Source: an uncultured Pelagibacteraceae bacterium (lineage in GTDB: Bacteria; Pseudomonadota; Alphaproteobacteria; Pelagibacterales; Pelagibacteraceae). Taken from it: DNA of 64,000 nt. Under the pieces are notes generated by a model, which did not search any database, was not told where the DNA came from, and saw only the letters and a program-made list of their open reading frames with translations. This document shows, in pieces, positions 59,146 through 64,000 of this stretch. Numbering within the stretch: position 1 is the stretch's first letter; each line of letters begins with the position of its first letter. Position numbers and translations under genes: made by a program. The stretch is taken from positions 5,437-69,436 of the forward strand of contig CACAMG010000001.1 of assembly GCA_902533585.1 (NCBI GenBank), given 5' to 3'.

Positions 59146-59819
59146 TGGATTTTGATTTAATGATTACTAGTTTTCCAAAGCTGTTAAATGCAACAGTTGT
59201 TACTTTGAAACTTTTGTCATTATCATTATTTTTTGGATTATTTATTGGTCTTTTTTTTGCAATTTTAAGGTTAAGAAAAAATATTTTTTTAAATAAGTTT
59301 GCATATGGTTATTCATATGTGTTTAGAGGAACTCCTCTTTTAGTTCAAATCTTTATAATTTATTTTGGATTAGGACAAATTGAATACCTAAGAACAACTA
59401 TACTTTGGGTAGTTTTAAAAGAACCTTATTGGTGTGCTATAATTGCTTTTGCTTTAAACACTGGAGCTTATACATCAGAAATACTTCGCTCCGCTTTTCA
59501 AACAATCAAACCTGGATTTATTGAAGCAGGAAAAAGTTTAGGAATACCAAATAAAATTATATTTTATAAAATTCAGATTCCTATTGCTATAAGACAATCT
59601 TTACCTGCCTATGGTAATGAAATTATACTTATGATGAAAGGCACATCTTTAGCAAGTACCGTCACATTGTTAGATTTAACTGGTGTTGCTAAATATATAA
59701 TTTCTACAACTTTTAAGCCTATTGAAGTATTTATTGTTGCTGGAGGTATATACTTATTTATGACATTTATAATTCACAATTTAATTAAGTATTTAGAGAA
59801 AAAATACAGTTATCAATAA
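59142..59819 (+). CDS. polar amino-acid ABC permease (HisM/OccM family)
   Basis: FRGTPLLVQ, AYTSEI, NEIILMMKGTSLAS. Confidence 0.9.
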   Translation: MMDFDLMITSFPKLLNATVVTLKLLSLSLFFGLFIGLFFAILRLRKNIFLNKFAYGYSYVFRGTPLLVQIFIIYFGLGQIEYLRTTILWVVLKEPYWCAIIAFALNTGAYTSEILRSAFQTIKPGFIEAGKSLGIPNKIIFYKIQIPIAIRQSLPAYGNEIILMMKGTSLASTVTLLDLTGVAKYIISTTFKPIEVFIVAGGIYLFMTFIIHNLIKYLEKKYSYQ

Positions 59820-60202
59820 TTTGTGTATTCTTTAATTTCTTTTATTTTTGAACCTGTTTGATTATTTATTTCAAGCTTAATTTTAGACCTTTCGTCGTTT
59901 AAGAAATGGACATCTCGAGAAAGTCTAACAAATTTTTCACCAAAATCTGCTTTTTTTTCACATAGTCTTTTTTCATTTTCTACATCCCATAGTCTAAGAT
60001 TTATTTGTTTTAATGACTTAGAAAGTTCTTCTAATTTGTTATCTGATTTTACATTTTCATCTAGCTGTTTTTTAAGCAAATCACATTCATTATTGATAAA
60101 TTTAAGTTTATCAGCATCTTTAATTTTTTCTTTTTTGATTTCTAAAATTGAAATTTTGTCCAAAAGATCGCCTATTGATACTTCTACTAGAATTTTACTC
60201 AT
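59813..60202 (-). CDS. DUF6165-like protein
   Basis: VSIGDLLDKISILEIK..IN..LWDVE..R...F..LSR.V...NDER. Confidence 0.7.
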   Translation of the reverse strand: MSKILVEVSIGDLLDKISILEIKKEKIKDADKLKFINNECDLLKKQLDENVKSDNKLEELSKSLKQINLRLWDVENEKRLCEKKADFGEKFVRLSRDVHFLNDERSKIKLEINNQTGSKIKEIKEYTNY

Positions 60203-60234
60203 AATAAATTATACTGTCTTATGTTGTTAAAAAT

Positions 60235-61176
60235 ATGTCTAACATCTTAATAATTAAGCATGGCTCATTAGGAGATATAGCGCAAGCTAGTGGTGCAATT
60301 CAAGATATATCTGAAAATAATAGCAATGATAATATAATTTTATTGACTACAGAACCCTATGTAGAATTATTTAAAAAAAACCCTTTTGTTCACGATGTAA
60401 TTTTAGACAAAAGACTATCAAGATTTAATCTCATATATCTTTTTTCATTAATGAGAAAACTAAAGAAACTAAAACCTAAAATAGTTTTTGATTTACAGAA
60501 CTCATCAAGAACTAATTTTTATAAAAAAATTTTATTTCCAAACGAAAATTATAATGTTTGGTCTAGTTCAACTACAACTTTATCCAATACAACAACAAAA
60601 GAAGAGTTTGATAAGAACCCAGTGCTTGATCGTTTTGATCATCAGTTAATTACCTCAGGTATTAAAACACTGCATACACTGAAACCTGATTTTAGCTGGT
60701 CTTGTTCAGACGAAAGTAAGATTAAACAAGAATATGATTTAAAAAAATATATTGTCTTATTTCCATTTTGTTCACCTCATTTAAATATAAAAAAGTGGCC
60801 TCATTACAATGAATTAATCCAGTTAATAAAAAATGAATTTCAAGAAGAATATAAAATTATAATTGCGCCAGGACCAACAGAAATAGATGAAGCAAAAAAA
60901 ATAAATGCAATTTGCATTTTAAATAATGGTAAATCAATAGATATACCTACCTTATCTTTTTTGATTAAAAATAGCTCTTTTGTTGTAGCTAATGACACGG
61001 GTCCTGCCCATATAGCTGCTCATTTAAATGTTGATGGAATAACTTTATTTGGTTCTCATACAACAGCAAAAAAAGTTAGTATTGAAAGAGAGAAATTTAA
61101 AGCAATACAAGTTTCAGATCTTAACAAATTATCCCCAAATAAAGTTTTTGAAAAAATCAAAGAAAAAATTAGTTAG
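60235..61176 (+). CDS. glycosyltransferase family 9 (heptosyltransferase-like)
   Basis: IKHGSLGD, DLQ, KKWP, ANDTGPAHIA. Confidence 0.85.
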   Translation: MSNILIIKHGSLGDIAQASGAIQDISENNSNDNIILLTTEPYVELFKKNPFVHDVILDKRLSRFNLIYLFSLMRKLKKLKPKIVFDLQNSSRTNFYKKILFPNENYNVWSSSTTTLSNTTTKEEFDKNPVLDRFDHQLITSGIKTLHTLKPDFSWSCSDESKIKQEYDLKKYIVLFPFCSPHLNIKKWPHYNELIQLIKNEFQEEYKIIIAPGPTEIDEAKKINAICILNNGKSIDIPTLSFLIKNSSFVVANDTGPAHIAAHLNVDGITLFGSHTTAKKVSIEREKFKAIQVSDLNKLSPNKVFEKIKEKIS

Positions 61177-62243
61177 TTTTTTTTGTCAATAAATTTTATT
61201 ATAAAAGGAACTAAAAATAATATCATCAAAAGTCTGACAATATGATGAAAAGCAACAAAATTAGGATCCAAATCAAATGCAATTGCTATTACAGCAACTT
61301 CGTAAATACCTCCTGGACAATAAGATAGAAGTAAACTTAAAAAATTATTTTCAACAAAATATCCTGCAGCAACTGCAGCTACAACTCCCAAGATCACAAG
61401 TAGTGCAGTAGCAACAAAACTGTGAGCTGTATTTTTTATTACTTCATTTACTGTTTTATCAGCAAAACGACAACCAACAGAAGCACCAAGTATTAATAAA
61501 CAAAAATTTATACTTTCTTCAGGCAGTTTATAAGTTGCAACATCTGTAATTTGCAAAATACCACTAGCAACCAAAGTTCCTGCAAGTAAAGGGGCGGGTA
61601 TTTTTATTTTATTAAATATGAATATTAAAATAATTGAGAAAAACAGAAGTATAATCAGATGAAAATGGTTTTGATTTAAATAGTCAAATTTCTCAATTTC
61701 CAAAGGTTCTATTGTAGAAAAATTAACTACTAAAAATGGAAATAATGTAATTATAATTATTAGTCTTATTAAATGGGAAGTGGCTACTTGCGATAAATCA
61801 GATTTCTCATATTCCGCTAAAATTAATAAGGGACCCAGACCTCCAGGTGCACCTGAAAATATAGATGTCTTTTTTTTATAACCTGAGAATTTTTGAAGAT
61901 ATTTAGAAACTATTAAAATACTAAATAAAATATATAGAAACATTATTATTGAAGTCCAAATCCAATCTTTCATTTGAGATAATAAATGTTGATCTATGTA
62001 GTTTCCAATGTGAAGTCCAAGAATAATTAAAATTCCACTTAGAGCTAGTTTTGGTATTTTAACTTTTAAGCCAATTAATGCAGCAATTGATATTGCTATC
62101 ATTGGACCCAACATCCATGCTAAAGGGATTTTTAAATATTCGGAAATAATAGCGCTTGGAATTGAAATCAAAATTACTAAAAAAAACTCTTTAGAAACAA
62201 GAGATTTTATCTCTTCACTATTAGATTGAATCGCGTTTAACAT
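61173..62243 (-). CDS. AbrB family membrane protein (AidB-regulator type)
   Basis: PLAWMLGP, APGG, SHLIRL, PGG..E, HHIVRL two-repeat pattern. Confidence 0.8.
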   Translation of the reverse strand: MLNAIQSNSEEIKSLVSKEFFLVILISIPSAIISEYLKIPLAWMLGPMIAISIAALIGLKVKIPKLALSGILIILGLHIGNYIDQHLLSQMKDWIWTSIIMFLYILFSILIVSKYLQKFSGYKKKTSIFSGAPGGLGPLLILAEYEKSDLSQVATSHLIRLIIIITLFPFLVVNFSTIEPLEIEKFDYLNQNHFHLIILLFFSIILIFIFNKIKIPAPLLAGTLVASGILQITDVATYKLPEESINFCLLILGASVGCRFADKTVNEVIKNTAHSFVATALLVILGVVAAVAAGYFVENNFLSLLLSYCPGGIYEVAVIAIAFDLDPNFVAFHHIVRLLMILFLVPFIIKFIDKKN

Positions 62244-62316
62244 GAATCAGATCTATTTTATGGCTTAAATTGTGATTCCATGGTTAAATATTTATTATAA
62301 ATTAAGAAGGGGAAGT

Positions 62317-63291
62317 ATGAAACTATTAAAAAATATAATTTCAGTTTTATTCTCAGCAATTCTTTTATTATCTACATCAAATTCATTTGCAATTGACAAA
62401 TTACATTTTGTAATTGGAGGTGGAGCTGGCGGTGGATGGGATGGAACTGCTAGAGGAACTGGAGAAGCGTTAACTAAAGCTGGCATGTTACAAAGCGCAT
62501 CGTTTGAAAATATGTCAGGTGGTGGTGGAGGAAAAGCTTTAGCTTTTATGATTAACACTAAACCTGCAAACACTATATTAGTGCAATCAACTCCATTAGT
62601 TTTAAGATCAATCACAAGACACAAAGGTTACGTTAAAGGTGATGGCGTTCTTTCTTATAAAGATGTCGTTCCAATAGCTGGTGTTATAGGTGACTATGGT
62701 GCAATAGCTGTAGCTAAAAACTCACCGTTTAAAAACTTTAAAGATGTTGTAGATGCTTACAAAAAAGATCCAAGTTCAGTAAAAATGGCTGGAGGATCTG
62801 TTAGAGGAAGCATGGACCATTTGATTGGAGCTTTAGCATTTCAAGAAGCTGGAGCTGATCCAAATAAAGTTATTTATGTTCCATATGATGCTGGAGGAAA
62901 AGCATTAGCTGGATTGTTATCAGGTGAAACGCAAATTCTTTCAACAGGTTTGGGAGAGGTTATGGGCGCAAGAGACCAAGTAAGAATAATTGGTATTACT
63001 GCTCCTAAAAGAGTATCTGATGCTCCAGAAGTTCCAACATTAAAAGAACAAGGGTATGATGTACAATTCGTTAACTGGAGAGGATTTTTTGGTCCTCCAG
63101 GTATGAGCTCTAGCATGAAAAATGAAATTGCAAAAATGCTAGGTGATGTACAAAAAACACCTGAATGGGAAGCTGTTAGAAAAAGAAATGCTTGGGTAAA
63201 TATTTATAATCCAGGTGACAAGTTTGTTAAATTTTTAGAAGCACAAACTGTAGAAATGACAGCTCTTATGAAAAAATTAGGAGTTATATAA
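62317..63291 (+). CDS. tctC: tripartite tricarboxylate transporter substrate-binding protein
   Basis: GAGGGWDGTAR, GGGG, PTLKEQG, NWRG; start taken at MKLL. Confidence 0.9.
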   Translation: MKLLKNIISVLFSAILLLSTSNSFAIDKLHFVIGGGAGGGWDGTARGTGEALTKAGMLQSASFENMSGGGGGKALAFMINTKPANTILVQSTPLVLRSITRHKGYVKGDGVLSYKDVVPIAGVIGDYGAIAVAKNSPFKNFKDVVDAYKKDPSSVKMAGGSVRGSMDHLIGALAFQEAGADPNKVIYVPYDAGGKALAGLLSGETQILSTGLGEVMGARDQVRIIGITAPKRVSDAPEVPTLKEQGYDVQFVNWRGFFGPPGMSSSMKNEIAKMLGDVQKTPEWEAVRKRNAWVNIYNPGDKFVKFLEAQTVEMTALMKKLGVI

Positions 63292-63323
63292 TCCATTGGG
63301 GTTATTAATTTGGGAAAAAAGCA

Positions 63324-63794
63324 GTGAGAATAAGTACTGATAAAATTATCTCGCTGCTTTTTTTCATTTTATCAGTTTTTTATTTATATCAGACATACCA
63401 AATTCAAGTATTTTCTTTTGATGAACATGCGCCATTTAACGCAAAAACATTCCCAACTTTTTTGGCATATCTTGGAATGTTTTTATCGGTATTGTATGTA
63501 GTTTTGCCTGAAAGAAATCCATCAATAGTTAATCACAAAGTTTTAGATTATAAAAGTTCCTTATATTTAGTAATAATTACTATTGTATATGGATTTGTAA
63601 TTTTAAAAGCAGGTTTCTTTTTATCAACATCCTTATTTTTATTTTTTTCATATTATTTTTTAGGTGAAAGAAGATGGATATGGATGTTCATATTATCTTT
63701 TCCGCTTGTGGCTATTTTTATGTATTTGCTCCACGGGATTTTAGATGTTTATTTAAGGGATCCACTTCTTAAAATGTTAGGAATAATAGGATGA
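63324..63794 (+). CDS. tctB: tripartite tricarboxylate transporter small subunit
   Basis: 4-5 TM helices, AKTFP; lies between tctC and tctA. Confidence 0.8.
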   Translation: MRISTDKIISLLFFILSVFYLYQTYQIQVFSFDEHAPFNAKTFPTFLAYLGMFLSVLYVVLPERNPSIVNHKVLDYKSSLYLVIITIVYGFVILKAGFFLSTSLFLFFSYYFLGERRWIWMFILSFPLVAIFMYLLHGILDVYLRDPLLKMLGIIG

Positions 63795-64000
63795 TTGAAG
63801 GAATATTAATAGGTTTGCAAACTGCTTTAAGTTTTAAAAACATTTTAATGGTAATGATGGGGTGTTTTTTTGGAACTATCATAGGAATGCTTCCTGGCCT
63901 TGGACCAATGACTGCAATAGCTTTAATGATTCCAATCACTTATGGTTTTGAGCCATCAACTGGTTTAATTTTAATGGCTGGCGTTTATTATGGAGCAGTA
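63791..64000 (+). CDS. tctA: tripartite tricarboxylate transporter large subunit, 3'-truncated by window edge
   Basis: Hand-translated MIEGILIG..GTIIGMLPGLGPMTAIALMIP..AGVYYGA. Confidence 0.9.
   Translation, partial: MIEGILIGLQTALSFKNILMVMMGCFFGTIIGMLPGLGPMTAIALMIPITYGFEPSTGLILMAGVYYGAV

Noticed and set aside
21701-62316. Upstream starts in the ORF track for hup (21701), aprM (33891), suyB (40314), the amino-acid SBP (57491) and tctC (62272)
   Set aside because: Downstream ATGs fit Shine-Dalgarno position and/or family N-termini better
71-63116. Many short antisense or alternate-frame ORFs in the track (e.g. 71-385, 1111-1410, 9206-9466, 31875-32249, 44157-44555, 62295-62624)
   Set aside because: They lie within well-supported genes, show no recognisable motifs and look like shadow ORFs
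1-64000. CRISPR arrays, tRNA/rRNA genes, IS elements, prophage or anti-phage defence systems
   Set aside because: No direct-repeat arrays, cloverleaf motifs, transposases, integrases, phage structural genes or defence domains were recognised

Overview
AT-rich, very gene-dense bacterial DNA with minimal intergenic spacers. Gene content and order (sfuCBA, thiV behind a TPP riboswitch, aprMBA, acuI, speD-speE fusion, occ-type and tct transporters) point to a streamlined marine alphaproteobacterium of the SAR11/Pelagibacterales type; this is an inference from recognised protein families, as no search was run. From 5' to 3' the window holds: a methylated-amine (butyrobetaine/carnitine/betaine) block with DMGDH and ETF; a Fur-boxed Fe(III) ABC operon; a TPP-riboswitch-thiV unit; housekeeping genes; pabBAC; a ~19-kb organosulfonate/sulfite region (aprMBA, tauE, cytochrome c, suyAB-like, xsc, HpsO-like SDR, TerC, IseJ-like GMC oxidoreductase, TRAP); an NCS1-mtnA-aldolase-speD/E operon; and amino-acid and tricarboxylate transporters. 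No rRNA, tRNA, CRISPR array, transposase or integrase was seen. Best leads: (1) a TPP-riboswitch variant whose pyrophosphate-sensing internal loop appears collapsed; (2) the sulfonate-to-sulfite-to-APS supercluster with a candidate isethionate module; (3) small ORFs missed by the ORF track, notably a CxxCxxxC peptide inside the iron operon and a 27-aa highly basic peptide with a strong Shine-Dalgarno; (4) a perfect NrdR-box palindrome upstream of the HU gene.
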